In this document: positions 29,677 through 39,193 of the stretch, piece after piece
Position numbering within the stretch: the first letter of the stretch is position 1
Layout of the letters: the number at the start of each line of letters is the position of its first letter
Origin: Verrucomicrobiota bacterium
GTDB taxonomy: Bacteria > Verrucomicrobiota > Verrucomicrobiia > Limisphaerales > AAA164-E04
DNA: 64,000 bases
Assembly: GCA_047947115.1 (NCBI GenBank)
Contig: CP170459.1
Location: 1,120,001 to 1,184,000, forward strand
Direction of reading: 5' to 3'
The notes under the pieces: generated by a model
The model's input: the letters and a program-made list of their open reading frames with translations, nothing else
The model's database searches: none
Told to the model about the DNA's origin: nothing
Translations under genes and position numbers: made by a program

Positions 29677-30567
29677 TTAAGCGCCTGCCTTGATTTCAGA
29701 TTGGATCTTATCAATAAGCTCCATCAATTTACGGCCGTAATTGACAAAGCTGTCGTAAATCTCCTCATCACTCGCACTTACGGAATCATCGTGAAAGACC
29801 ACTGCAAGGTGAGGTTCTATTGATATGCCGGCGTCATAACCAGAAGCCAGGGCATCTTTCAATATGCGATGGACCGCGCCATCTCCCTCTCCAGGCAGAG
29901 TGTAATCGGCATCATTTTTTTCAGGTTTCCAAATGGCATCCTTGACGTGGATGTGAATGGACTGGTCTTTGACGTGAGTCCAGAACTCCCATGGATCTTG
30001 TTTGGGTTGGGGGGACGGCTTGCTGCGATCGTCATTGAATACCGGATTGGCTGTGTCGAACACCCATTTGAGACCGGGCACGTTATCCATCAATTTCAGG
30101 GCGTGTTGCCAGCTCATGCCGCCGTAGTTCATGCAATTTTCGTGAACAGGTTGTAGTCCAGCATCAAGAAAACGATTGGTGATCTCGCGCAGTCGACGAA
30201 ACCGTTCTTCTTCCATCTGGTCCTCACCCTCGCGAACAGCGTAACTCATGATGCGCACGAACTTGGTGCCGAGACGTTGCATTCGAGGGATGGCGCGCTC
30301 CACTTCCGATAGGTCGAAGGGTTCATCAATTTTCTTTCCCCAGTTGGCGATGGTCGAACCGAAGCAATAAACGCCCACCCCGGAATCCTTAAGTTTCTTC
30401 TCGACGATATCGAATGCCGCATCGGGAATGTCGTGCAGATTTCCTTTTGGAAAACCTTCTACTTCCACGGTACGGGCTTCGATGGTGTTCCATCCGAGTT
30501 CTTTGACTGCCTTGATTTGTGTGTCGATGAGCGCTCCGGCTTCATCCGCAATGCCTGTAAGAATCAT
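29677..30567 (-). CDS. Sugar phosphate isomerase/epimerase (xylose isomerase-like TIM barrel)
   Basis: LTGIADE, VHENC, FDTAN, HIHVKD, GEGDG, ISIEPH metal-ligand pattern. Confidence 0.8.
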   Translation of the reverse strand: MILTGIADEAGALIDTQIKAVKELGWNTIEARTVEVEGFPKGNLHDIPDAAFDIVEKKLKDSGVGVYCFGSTIANWGKKIDEPFDLSEVERAIPRMQRLGTKFVRIMSYAVREGEDQMEEERFRRLREITNRFLDAGLQPVHENCMNYGGMSWQHALKLMDNVPGLKWVFDTANPVFNDDRSKPSPQPKQDPWEFWTHVKDQSIHIHVKDAIWKPEKNDADYTLPGEGDGAVHRILKDALASGYDAGISIEPHLAVVFHDDSVSASDEEIYDSFVNYGRKLMELIDKIQSEIKAGA

Positions 30568-30576
30568 GGTAATAAG

Positions 30577-31200
30577 TTAAGCTTTTACGATGGGTTGAGA
30601 GGGTTTGTTGGTGGCCGGGGCCTGTCCGTGGGGAACTTTGGTGTTAGCGTAAACTTCACTCAGAGGAAGTTGGCATTTGATAGAAGTCAACTGTAGCACA
30701 CCGTCTTCGCCTTCGACGGTTTTGAGCATCCAGGAACCATTGGGTTGCCGGGTGTACTGATCGGCCAACCAAGTTTCCTGAGAGATAAGAATGTATTCGG
30801 AAAGGGAATCCAAGTGTCGATAGTGCCAGAACTTACCTCCGCGATCCCAGGCGGCGGTGTTGTCTGAAAGCACTTCGATCAAAATCTTGGGATTCGTCAA
30901 TGTATCTTGAAGGGCATCCTCGAACTGTGGCGCGCCATTGACGACCAGGACATCGGGATGGGCATACAGGTCAGTCTGCAGGACTTTCAACCGCATGCCA
31001 CAGTTGAGCACGTGATTTTCGGTGTTTTTTAATCGGTGTCTGAGTTCGCCTGCAACGTTTGTTGCGATCAGCCAGTGCAGGTGAGATCCTCCCGCAATGG
31101 CGTAAACGCCTCCGTTCAGCCATTCCGCTCTGAGCCCCGCATGCCTTTCCATGGCGACGAATTCGCTGGATGCCATCTTGGTTTTTGGATCTGGATTCAT
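30577..31200 (-). CDS. Uma2 family (DUF820) putative endonuclease
   Basis: EWLNGGVYAIAGGSHLH, PDVLVV, NPKILIEVLSDNTAAWDRGGKF..Y, SLSEYILISQ. Start set at ATG 31200. Confidence 0.8.
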   Translation of the reverse strand: MNPDPKTKMASSEFVAMERHAGLRAEWLNGGVYAIAGGSHLHWLIATNVAGELRHRLKNTENHVLNCGMRLKVLQTDLYAHPDVLVVNGAPQFEDALQDTLTNPKILIEVLSDNTAAWDRGGKFWHYRHLDSLSEYILISQETWLADQYTRQPNGSWMLKTVEGEDGVLQLTSIKCQLPLSEVYANTKVPHGQAPATNKPSQPIVKA

Positions 31201-31565
31201 GTGTGATCGATACCTTTCTTTTGAAAACCCTTGTTTAAAGCATCCCATCCAAAGAATCGAGACGTAAAAACAGAAAATCGTTCTACTGGGGAGTAGGGCG
31301 TATGCTTTATTTCGCACGACTTGGCTTGCATTGATGTCTTATTGAAATGCTCGCATGCCAATGCCCATCCGGATCTGGTTCTATAATGGGCGATCTTACG
31401 CATGAACAATCCGATATCCTCTCAAAGCGCATGATACTCACTTGTGGCCTTACCAAATTGGAAGCGCTGATCGCTTATTTAAGCCATCCAAATCGGCGAT
31501 GACTTGATGTAATCCATAGCGTGCTTGGCCTGTATAATCTTGCTTGGAATCAAAGGAATGACACT

Positions 31566-32723
31566 TCATCGATTAAACGAGCTGGCGAAATCTTCATCCG
31601 AGACTTCCACCACTTTCTTTTCGAAGGTTGATTCCCGGATCAACTGATTCAATTTCGTTTCAAAAGCAGCGCCGTCCATAGGCATGTCGATGGTTTGATC
31701 GATCAGGGAAGAATAGAGAAGGGCGTTGGCCAACTCGACCGAATGAATCCCATCGGCACCCGGAGCAATCAGAGGCTCTCCATCTCGAATGGCATTGATG
31801 AAATTTCGCATCAGGATCGCGTGTGGCAATACGGCATTGCCGAAAGGAATGGCCACGTTCCATATTTCTGGTTTCGAAAAGCCTATTTTGGATTGCTTAC
31901 TGTGCTCCAGCATGCAGTTTTCGTTTCGAGTGAACTGGATCTGGTCATTTTCCAGAATCACCTTCCCGCGTGTGCCTGCGATTTCGAATCGATTCGAGCC
32001 GGGGGCTTCGCCTGTCGATGAGATAAAGACGCCTGTTGCTCCGTTGGGATACTCCAGGTATGCGGTGACATTATCTTCGACTTCGATGTTATGGAAGCGT
32101 CCCAATTGAGCGAAGCTTCGGACTTTGCTTGGCATGCCGACCAGCCATTGGAGCGCGTCGAGTTGATGGAGGCATTGGTTCAGCAGAACGCCACCGCCTT
32201 CTCCTTTCCAGGTGGCGCGCCATCCCCCGGAAGCATAGTAAGCTTCGGTGCGGTACCAATCGGTAATGATCCAATTTAAGCGAACAATTTCTCCCAGATC
32301 TCCATCCTGAATCAGTTTTTTAAGTTTCAGATAGCGAGGTTCTGTGCGGAGTTGGAACATGGCTCCGAAGACAATCGCTGGATGTTTTTCGGCCACAGCG
32401 ATCAGTTTCTCTGCGTCTGCCTTATGCGCGGAAATCGGCTTTTCCACCATCAGGTGAACTTGATGCTCGATGGCACAGATGCCCAGCGAAGTATGTTGAT
32501 AATGGGGTGTGGCGACCAGGACGGCATCAATCTCTCCGCTCTTGATCATGGCCTCACCATCGCTGAAAACCTTCACCTTGTCCTTGTAGGCTTCCAGTTT
32601 ATGAGGAGAGGTGCTGCACACTGCCGCCAATTCGGCGTGAGCCACTTCACCTCTTAGCAGGTAATCCGCGTGGTACTTCCCCATATTCCCCATGCCGACG
32701 ATGCCAATTCTTACTTTATCCAT
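31566..32723 (-). CDS. Gfo/Idh/MocA family oxidoreductase
   Basis: IGIVGMGNMG, DAVLVATPHYQH, MVEKP, WRATWKGEGGGVLLNQCLHQLD, VED. Confidence 0.9.
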   Translation of the reverse strand: MDKVRIGIVGMGNMGKYHADYLLRGEVAHAELAAVCSTSPHKLEAYKDKVKVFSDGEAMIKSGEIDAVLVATPHYQHTSLGICAIEHQVHLMVEKPISAHKADAEKLIAVAEKHPAIVFGAMFQLRTEPRYLKLKKLIQDGDLGEIVRLNWIITDWYRTEAYYASGGWRATWKGEGGGVLLNQCLHQLDALQWLVGMPSKVRSFAQLGRFHNIEVEDNVTAYLEYPNGATGVFISSTGEAPGSNRFEIAGTRGKVILENDQIQFTRNENCMLEHSKQSKIGFSKPEIWNVAIPFGNAVLPHAILMRNFINAIRDGEPLIAPGADGIHSVELANALLYSSLIDQTIDMPMDGAAFETKLNQLIRESTFEKKVVEVSDEDFASSFNR

Positions 32724-32789
32724 AGTCTCTTTTCAGCGTTTCAACGTTTCGTACGGAGAATATTTGGTGACATTGAATGTTCTCGCAAG

Positions 32790-33524
32790 ATATTATTGGC
32801 CGGCTTTCGCATTGCTGGATGGGACGATGGACGGCATTTTCATGTTCCATCCGGAAACTTTAATCTTTTCCTACGTCAACAAAGGCGCTGTTCTTCAGAC
32901 GGTCTATTCTGAGGAGGAACTATTGAAAATGTCTCCTCTTGATATCAATCCGGTTTTTGATGAAAAACGGTTTCGGGAATTGCTCTCTCCTCTATTGATG
33001 AATGATTGTCCCGCCTTGAAATTCACAACTGTTCACCAACGCAAGAATGGCGAAGATATGCCAGTTGAGGCTGTGCTTCAACATCTGAAAGTTTCAGCAA
33101 ATCGATCCTAGCTCATTTGCATTGTCAGAGATAAAACGAAACGCGTTCGTGCGGAACATTCGATTAGACAACTCAATTCCAATTTTGAACAAGTCGTTCA
33201 ATTAAGTGATCATGCGACCTTGTACACGGCTGTGACCAGTGAAGCATGCATGAAATTGGAGATCGATTGCCAACCCGACCTGGTTTTTCTTGATTTCCAT
33301 TTGCCTGACTGCGAGGGAGATGTCGTTTTGACTAAACTCAAGGAGCATGAGCGGACAAAGTACACTCCTGTTTATATTCTGAGTGCAGATGCCAGGAATG
33401 AACAGATCCAGCGATTGAAAAACTCGGTGCCGTGGATTACCTGGTTAAGCCTTTTGATGCAGAACGACTCCTTGGGATCATTGAATCTCACGAACCCTTG
33501 ATTGTCACAGAAAAATTAGGCTGA
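32790..33524 (+). pseudogene. Decayed PAS/receiver signalling gene (kinase core absent)
   Basis: PAS (YVNKGA...HQRKNGEDMPVE), in-frame TAG at 33109-33111, then LICIVRD...PDLVFLDFHLPD...ILSADA, then a frameshift in the A-run near 33420 into LGAVDYLVKPF. 5' boundary approximate. Confidence 0.7.
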
Positions 33525-33525
33525 T

Positions 33526-36168
33526 TCAGAATCTTTTTTTCAGTCTCAATACCATTGTCACGGCCCCCAAAAGCCACAGTCCCAATATGCCGGGTTCCGG
33601 TATGCTGGGCACGGTCTCTAAGGGAACCGGCGTGAGGCCCATCTCTTCAAACTGTTCCATGGTTTCCAGCACAACCGCTCCGGTCAATGGAGTGACCAGT
33701 TGATGTTTGGTGGCCAGTTTTACAGCCGCTTCGGTTTGTCGATTCCGCTTGAGTCTTGCCGCTTCATCCCGGGCCCACAGTCGTTCGATATGACGTGAAA
33801 CCCGTGGGAGTTTCGTGATGTTGGTTTCCATGGTGTTTAATTTCATGGACCGTTGAAATGCTGTCTCAGGATTCAGCTTTTGAGGTGCGTTAACCCATGA
33901 GCCCAGATGTTGGGAAACGGCTTCATAGCGGGGAACACGACAAATATGCCATCCATCAAGTGCCTCCAGTACGCGGTTTGGACCCGGTTCCATCTCGGCT
34001 GCATACAGAACGATGTTCCCTCTCGTACGTTCCATACGCTGGAGTAGTGACTCCAAATGCCCCATCAACACCGGTTGTGGCCCGTGCAACCACCACACAT
34101 TGTCCGCTCCCATCTCAAGAGCCTCGTCCCAGGCTTGGGTCAAATAACCGATGTTGTCCTGACCACCACGAAACTCGAAATCCTCAAGGTGAATGAGCGC
34201 CTCTGCCAACGGTAAAAACCGGGGGGTATTTTCGTCGTAAAAGGGACTTTTTTGGTCGGTCGCAATGGAGACCAACACCTTTTCCATGGAGGACAAGCCG
34301 CCCAATGCTTTACCTATCTGTTCTTTGTAATCGCTCATCGAAACTGATCCATCCACGACAATGACAGTCGTTTTGGTCGAATCAGTGGTTGGTTGTTCCA
34401 ACTTCTGAATAATAACATGTCCGGGCTCCAACGCTTCCGTCCACACTTGCTGAATTGATTCCGGTCGTTCAACCAGTATAGTGGCGTCGGTGCCGATCAA
34501 ATCGCCATCCACCAACTCACCGTATAACGCATGATCACCTTCCTCAAGGTCGTTGCGTTTGAACAGATGTTCAGCGCTCGTCAACTGAGAGCGGGATTCA
34601 ATCCACACCCCATGTTTGAGCTTGTCCTGCAAATTAAAATTACGCTCGAGCATGACCGGCAAACGAAACCGGCCGTGCGTCAGATCGGTCATGTTCAACG
34701 GAGCCGTGATGCCTAACCGTATTTTCATGGTGCCGCCATTCGCAGGTACGGGGAAACATTGAACCAGGATTTGATCAGGGCCTGATGTCGTGATCAATAC
34801 CGGATCCCTGCGACGTTCGACCGCCACCTTTTGATATGCTGTACGCGTCTTTGAGCGACTTCCAAAAGCAGCTTCTCGCTCTTCACCATTCACCCATAAT
34901 GTCAGCCGTGAGACCACACCGCCTGGAGGAAGTAATATCTGTGTCCGCGCTTCTCTTGCCCTGTTGGAATCATTTTTGAATCCCATAGTCCATTCCGTAT
35001 AGGCGCATGCTGAGGAGGTTTCAATGCGGGTGTCCAAACGGGATGCAGACATTTCAAGACCACTCACGCGCCCCGCGACGGCTGTCCCTCCCAGCGCCCT
35101 GTCAAATTCCCAGGTGAACTCCTGATCCAATACATCCCACCTGCCATCGCGCGTATAGAGCTTGGGAGGTCGCACGGAGTTGAATGGTCTTCCTGTAACT
35201 TGATAATAAACTCGACGGGCATCTTCCTGTGTGACCTGGCCCTTCGATTGAACCAACCATCCCGACAAATCAAAAATGCGGCGCGGACGTTCGTAACATG
35301 CGCGGAGTAATGTTTCTTCCTGCCCTAAGAATCGCAACCAACGGATGCCCTTGTCCCGGGTTGATGTCACCGTCGAATCCGCCCACCGCAACCCGACGCG
35401 AGTCATCAACTCGGGGGATTCCAATACAAAAAGCAACCCCAAAGCCATGAAAAAACCCGGCCAAACAGATAAGCGTTTCACCGATCTTTGTTGCATTTCC
35501 AATCGGTATCGCTTCCAAAGAATCATGCCCGAAATCCACGCCGCCAAGGGAGTCAAACCAAGCAGCCCAAATCCGAAATAAATGATGGCCACTATCCCTA
35601 TGGGTGTGATGGGAAGAAACATCATGCTGTAAACAAAACTGACACCCAAATTGAAGGAAATGACAAAGGGCACCCATAGAGGGATGCTTTCTTCTTTTTG
35701 ATACATCCACACCAATGCCAGCAGATTGCCTATCGGAACAAATATCAACATGGCGACGTGCCACATGGAAGGCATGGGATCAAACAGGACGCCCGTGCAG
35801 AAGCGTGACATGAGTTCGATGACAACACTGACCGATGGCCAGACAACTGCTGTCAGCAATAGAGCAAACGGTAAGCTGCCTTTGTTGTCGGAGGGTTTGG
35901 TGGTTTTTGCAACGGGTTTTTGTACCGGCGGCGTAGTGGATTGAGGTGTGGTTTGAGAAATGTCCAAATGTCCAATGCGCCCCAATGTCTGACGCAACCA
36001 TTCGCCATCAATAATCGTCAAACCCGATGCATGGGCTTCTTCGTCCACATGACGTTTGAGATCTTCTTCAACTTCCGCAACGTCTGCTTCCGATCCATTC
36101 AGAGCTTCGCGAAGTCTAATGCCGTAGGTTTTCCATTCGGACTTGGCTGAGTTTGTCCATTTCGCCAT
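33526..36168 (-). CDS. Integral membrane VIT/vWA-domain protein with N-terminal HAAS-like domain and C-terminal PEP-CTERM signal
   Basis: Helical N-terminus (Y..RLREAL...EVEEDLKRHVDE); about 5 TM helices; VIT-like AYTEWTMGFKN...EARTQILLPPGGVVSRLTLWVNGEEREA; MIDAS-like VVDGSVSM; tail IPEPGILGLWLLGAVTMVLRLKKRF. Confidence 0.75.
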   Translation of the reverse strand: MAKWTNSAKSEWKTYGIRLREALNGSEADVAEVEEDLKRHVDEEAHASGLTIIDGEWLRQTLGRIGHLDISQTTPQSTTPPVQKPVAKTTKPSDNKGSLPFALLLTAVVWPSVSVVIELMSRFCTGVLFDPMPSMWHVAMLIFVPIGNLLALVWMYQKEESIPLWVPFVISFNLGVSFVYSMMFLPITPIGIVAIIYFGFGLLGLTPLAAWISGMILWKRYRLEMQQRSVKRLSVWPGFFMALGLLFVLESPELMTRVGLRWADSTVTSTRDKGIRWLRFLGQEETLLRACYERPRRIFDLSGWLVQSKGQVTQEDARRVYYQVTGRPFNSVRPPKLYTRDGRWDVLDQEFTWEFDRALGGTAVAGRVSGLEMSASRLDTRIETSSACAYTEWTMGFKNDSNRAREARTQILLPPGGVVSRLTLWVNGEEREAAFGSRSKTRTAYQKVAVERRRDPVLITTSGPDQILVQCFPVPANGGTMKIRLGITAPLNMTDLTHGRFRLPVMLERNFNLQDKLKHGVWIESRSQLTSAEHLFKRNDLEEGDHALYGELVDGDLIGTDATILVERPESIQQVWTEALEPGHVIIQKLEQPTTDSTKTTVIVVDGSVSMSDYKEQIGKALGGLSSMEKVLVSIATDQKSPFYDENTPRFLPLAEALIHLEDFEFRGGQDNIGYLTQAWDEALEMGADNVWWLHGPQPVLMGHLESLLQRMERTRGNIVLYAAEMEPGPNRVLEALDGWHICRVPRYEAVSQHLGSWVNAPQKLNPETAFQRSMKLNTMETNITKLPRVSRHIERLWARDEAARLKRNRQTEAAVKLATKHQLVTPLTGAVVLETMEQFEEMGLTPVPLETVPSIPEPGILGLWLLGAVTMVLRLKKRF

Positions 36169-36169
36169 A

Positions 36170-36511
36170 TCAGGTTCCTTTGCGTTTAAGAGTGTTCATG
36201 CCTTTGATCAGCGTCTGAAGGTGTGCATCCATGGAGGTGATGGCATCTCGGCCTTCATCGGTCAGGGAATAATATTTTCTAGCGGGACCTTCGCTGGATT
36301 CTTCAAGTCGGGATGTGATCATACCATTCTTTCGAAGCCGGGAGAGCAGGGGATAAACGGTCCCTTCAGTAACACCCAGACCCGGTACACCCACCAGGCT
36401 TTTCACCAGATCATAACCATACCGCTCGCGATCCTTCAACGCCGTCAGGATGCACATCTCTAAAATCCCTTTGCGCACTTGTATCGTCCAATTGTCAAAG
36501 AAATCGGTCAT
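36170..36511 (-). CDS. PadR family transcriptional regulator
   Basis: QVRKGILEMCIL, YGYDLV, EGTVYPLLSRL, GPARKYYSLTDEG. ATG at 36511 overlaps the upstream stop (ATGA). Confidence 0.9.
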   Translation of the reverse strand: MTDFFDNWTIQVRKGILEMCILTALKDRERYGYDLVKSLVGVPGLGVTEGTVYPLLSRLRKNGMITSRLEESSEGPARKYYSLTDEGRDAITSMDAHLQTLIKGMNTLKRKGT

Positions 36512-36945
36512 GGCAGCGGTTCCCATCCATCGGGCTTCAAATTCTGTGGGCCAACAAAGAGGCGCGGAGGCTTGAAACGCCAGAGAATACACGTTTCTGT
36601 TTCCCAATTGAAAGTGACGGTTGCTTTGTCATTTCGAAACACAGTGAGTTGTTTGTTTTCCTTATTAACGAGGGTGGGGGCATGATTCCAATATCCATCT
36701 TGGTGATGGTAATAATACCAACCCCATGGGCTTCCCGGCTTTTGATAATAACAAGCAGTGGTAAATGGCTCACCACTCCAATTGCATTTCTGTGTGACGA
36801 TAAAGTGTGTTCCATCAGGCAATCTTTCATCCGCAATGACGCGGGTCCCATTGATGTGCCACGCAAAGAAAGAGAGCCAGAGGCAGGCCGCCATGCAAAG
36901 GCTGCCCAGGATTGCCACTTTTTTACGATGAACGATGGGATTCAT
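36508..36945 (-). CDS. Hypothetical membrane-anchored/exported protein, aromatic-rich
   Basis: N-terminal hydrophobic helix; WGWYYYHHQDGYW; ATGA overlaps with both neighbours. Confidence 0.6.
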   Translation of the reverse strand: MNPIVHRKKVAILGSLCMAACLWLSFFAWHINGTRVIADERLPDGTHFIVTQKCNWSGEPFTTACYYQKPGSPWGWYYYHHQDGYWNHAPTLVNKENKQLTVFRNDKATVTFNWETETCILWRFKPPRLFVGPQNLKPDGWEPLP

Positions 36946-37487
36946 GTCGATGTCTTCTTCCGCTTTATATATTGAACCAACCAACAGGCTGCACAGAACA
37001 ACAACCAGGACCCCACCTGCAGAAGCCAGCCTGGTCCATCCACAAAAAATTCTCCGTCTATGGTTTCAAAGAAAAGTTCCGTAAGAATCATCGGGCACAT
37101 GACCACCGCGATCACAAGATACCAAGGCATGATAACCAGCAAAAAATACTCACTGGTGATAAATAAACCGCCGGCGATTACCGGAATGAATGGAATCACT
37201 ATGCATAGCAGCCAACTGGGTCGTTTCCACCTCCCAAAAAGATAAAGCCCGAGAGTGACGACGCCCATGATTCGAACAATATTTGCCATTGAAAAAAATG
37301 AATTGAACCATTGATCGGCTGAAAATGTTTTCAGATGTCCGTATAAATTGTCCGATTTGGAAAAGGGTATGGATTGGATGCCGAGGTCGACTATCAAAGA
37401 GAGCAGCAGTAAGCATGCTGATACCAGAACAAAAATCATAAGTCCGGTCGTTCTGAATTGCTGGTTGAGTGTATGCTGGTCAATCAT
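36942..37487 (-). CDS. Hypothetical integral membrane protein
   Basis: About 5 hydrophobic segments; first gene of the PadR operon; ATGA overlap with the next gene. Confidence 0.6.
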   Translation of the reverse strand: MIDQHTLNQQFRTTGLMIFVLVSACLLLLSLIVDLGIQSIPFSKSDNLYGHLKTFSADQWFNSFFSMANIVRIMGVVTLGLYLFGRWKRPSWLLCIVIPFIPVIAGGLFITSEYFLLVIMPWYLVIAVVMCPMILTELFFETIDGEFFVDGPGWLLQVGSWLLFCAACWLVQYIKRKKTST

Positions 37488-37506
37488 TACTATGCAATAC
37501 ATAGTA
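37488..37506. promoter_or_regulatory. Putative PadR operator palindrome
   Basis: TACTATGCA-A-TACATAGTA (9-1-9, one mismatch) directly abutting ATG 37487. TTGACA on the minus strand at 37526-37521. Confidence 0.6.
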
Positions 37507-37649
37507 GCGTGTCATGCATATGTCAAGCTTGTGTCTGTGGCGACTTAAATTCGACTTGTCAAATGGGTCTTACAGTATTTGCGGGGGATGTGGTTAGGAG
37601 GGGAGTCTGCAAGCAGTATGACGATGCGTTTAGCCTGTATGATACGAAA

Positions 37650-37830
37650 AAAGCCCCGCTAGTACCGTGGGCAACAGTTCCTTGGAACGTGTTACATATA
37701 GGTGGGACTGGCCCGCCGACTTTCGACTTCCAGTCAAGGCCTGACGTGGATCGACTCCAAAGGCGTGGTGCCCCATGTTTTTTATTACGGTTCAAGGATA
37801 GTATCTCAACACGAGTATAAGCAGGGCTTT
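37650..37830 (-). ncRNA. ssrS: 6S RNA
   Basis: About 181-nt rod. 5' AAAGCCCTGC pairs with 3' GCGGGGCTTT; TCCTTGAAC pairs with GTTCCAAGGA; A-rich bubble; CCCACC before the 3' bubble; U-tract at the end. Resembles Bacillus-type 6S motifs. Confidence 0.75.
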
Positions 37831-38069
37831 AAATTTTTTCCCGCATCCATGACAAAGAGCTGTTTCGGAACATCTGCTCCGAACGCCCTTTATCCTAATC
37901 GGTGCCAATACGGATAACAATCCTTATATGCCGGAATTTAAGGCTCCCCATCGGAGGTCAGGTTCCAGGTTTCACTCAAACCGGGTGGAAAACCGAAACC
38001 GCCCTGCTGCCCGGTGCCCGAACGCGGTGGGGGTGTAGGAGAAGCTGCTGCGTTGAGCGGACACGCTGG

Positions 38070-38146
38070 CGGACGTGCGGCAGCACATCCCTACCAGCCA
38101 GGCCAGAAGCCTCCGGCTCCGGTAGGGCTCCGCTGCTGCGGGGCCG
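38070..38146. repeat. Pair of GGTAG-family REP units
   Basis: 38070-38095 reverse complement is GGTAG-GGATGTGC-tgcc-GCACGTCC-G; 38121-38146 is GGTAG-GGCTCCGC-tgct-GCGGGGCC-G. Confidence 0.65.
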
Positions 38147-38272
38147 TATGCGCGTTGAGGTGTCGAAAAACCTGCAGGGTTGAGCGGACTCCACGCCACC
38201 GTGAATTGCACCGGCAAGTTCCTCATTCCAACAAAACTTCATATCGGCTGGAGATCGCAGTAAGCGCCTAGC

Positions 38273-39037
38273 CTATTCGCGATCCCATAAAGCGTTCTGA
38301 TGCCCGCGTTCATACTGCCAACCTGCTTCGGCCGAACGCTTGCTGTCAGCATGTCCATCCACAAATGACATGGTGGACCGTCCGCCGTGCCGGTTGATGA
38401 CGCGTGACGGCAGACTGTCGTAGGAACCGTTGTTGGGAGTTCGAAAAAATACGGTTCTGAAGATGGTGTGTTGTTTGGAAGGATCCGTGGTGATCGTCCA
38501 TTTGTCTGCATCCTGCTCCGATGGGTTTTCAATCACGGCCGAATCCGCCAGATGAATCGTTTCCACCGGCCTTTTGACGGTGGTGACTTTGATGGTGCTT
38601 CCGTTATCAGGCAACCAAAGGCTCAGTTCATGATAGTTCAGACCGATCCCAAAACCGTCCTGAATTTTGACAGAAGGACATTGATTGACAGCCCTGTCCT
38701 GACTGTAATTGATCAACAAGTCCGGCCACCATCGAATACCGCCTTGACGATCATCCTCGACGACCTTGTTTGACGCGTCCGTATCCAGCACTGCCAGATT
38801 GATCAGTTCATCCTCGTTGTCATCTGAGTAAAGCAGCATGGCGATGCCGAGCTGACGTTTATTGTTCACACATTTGATGCCTTTCGCCTTTTCCTTTGCC
38901 TTGCCCAGGGCGGGCAAGAGCATGCCAGCAAGGATTGCAATGATGGCGATGACAACGAGCAGTTCAATGAGGGTGAATCCGAATTTCAAACGCTTGTTAA
39001 GTGCAATGGAGGACATGGATGTGTGAATACCTTTCAT
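38273..39037 (-). CDS. Prepilin-type N-terminal cleavage/methylation protein with H-X9-DG motif (DUF1559-like)
   Basis: [53 protein letters not shown]. Confidence 0.85.
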   Translation of the reverse strand: MKGIHTSMSSIALNKRLKFGFTLIELLVVIAIIAILAGMLLPALGKAKEKAKGIKCVNNKRQLGIAMLLYSDDNEDELINLAVLDTDASNKVVEDDRQGGIRWWPDLLINYSQDRAVNQCPSVKIQDGFGIGLNYHELSLWLPDNGSTIKVTTVKRPVETIHLADSAVIENPSEQDADKWTITTDPSKQHTIFRTVFFRTPNNGSYDSLPSRVINRHGGRSTMSFVDGHADSKRSAEAGWQYERGHQNALWDRE

Positions 39038-39193
39038 GATGGAATACTGCTAGGATGAGCAGATAGTATAAGAGGGTCAAGCAAAGACTCGGGACACAAA
39101 GCGTCAAAAAATGTTCATGGGAGGGACTGGTTCTGAGAGGAACTGGGGAAATCTCGCGCTTGATTTTTGGCGGGATTGATTGAGGATAGCCGT

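Noticed and set aside
28039..29680. 33-codon ORF (MSIIDETFQG...) restored by removing the ISL3 element
   Set aside because: Too short, with no clear ribosome-binding site or homology; the insertion is treated as intergenic.
37650..37780. c-di-GMP-I or other riboswitch upstream of the PadR operon
   Set aside because: The GGCAAA/GACGCAAA core is lacking. Long-range end-to-end pairing fits a 6S-type rod better.
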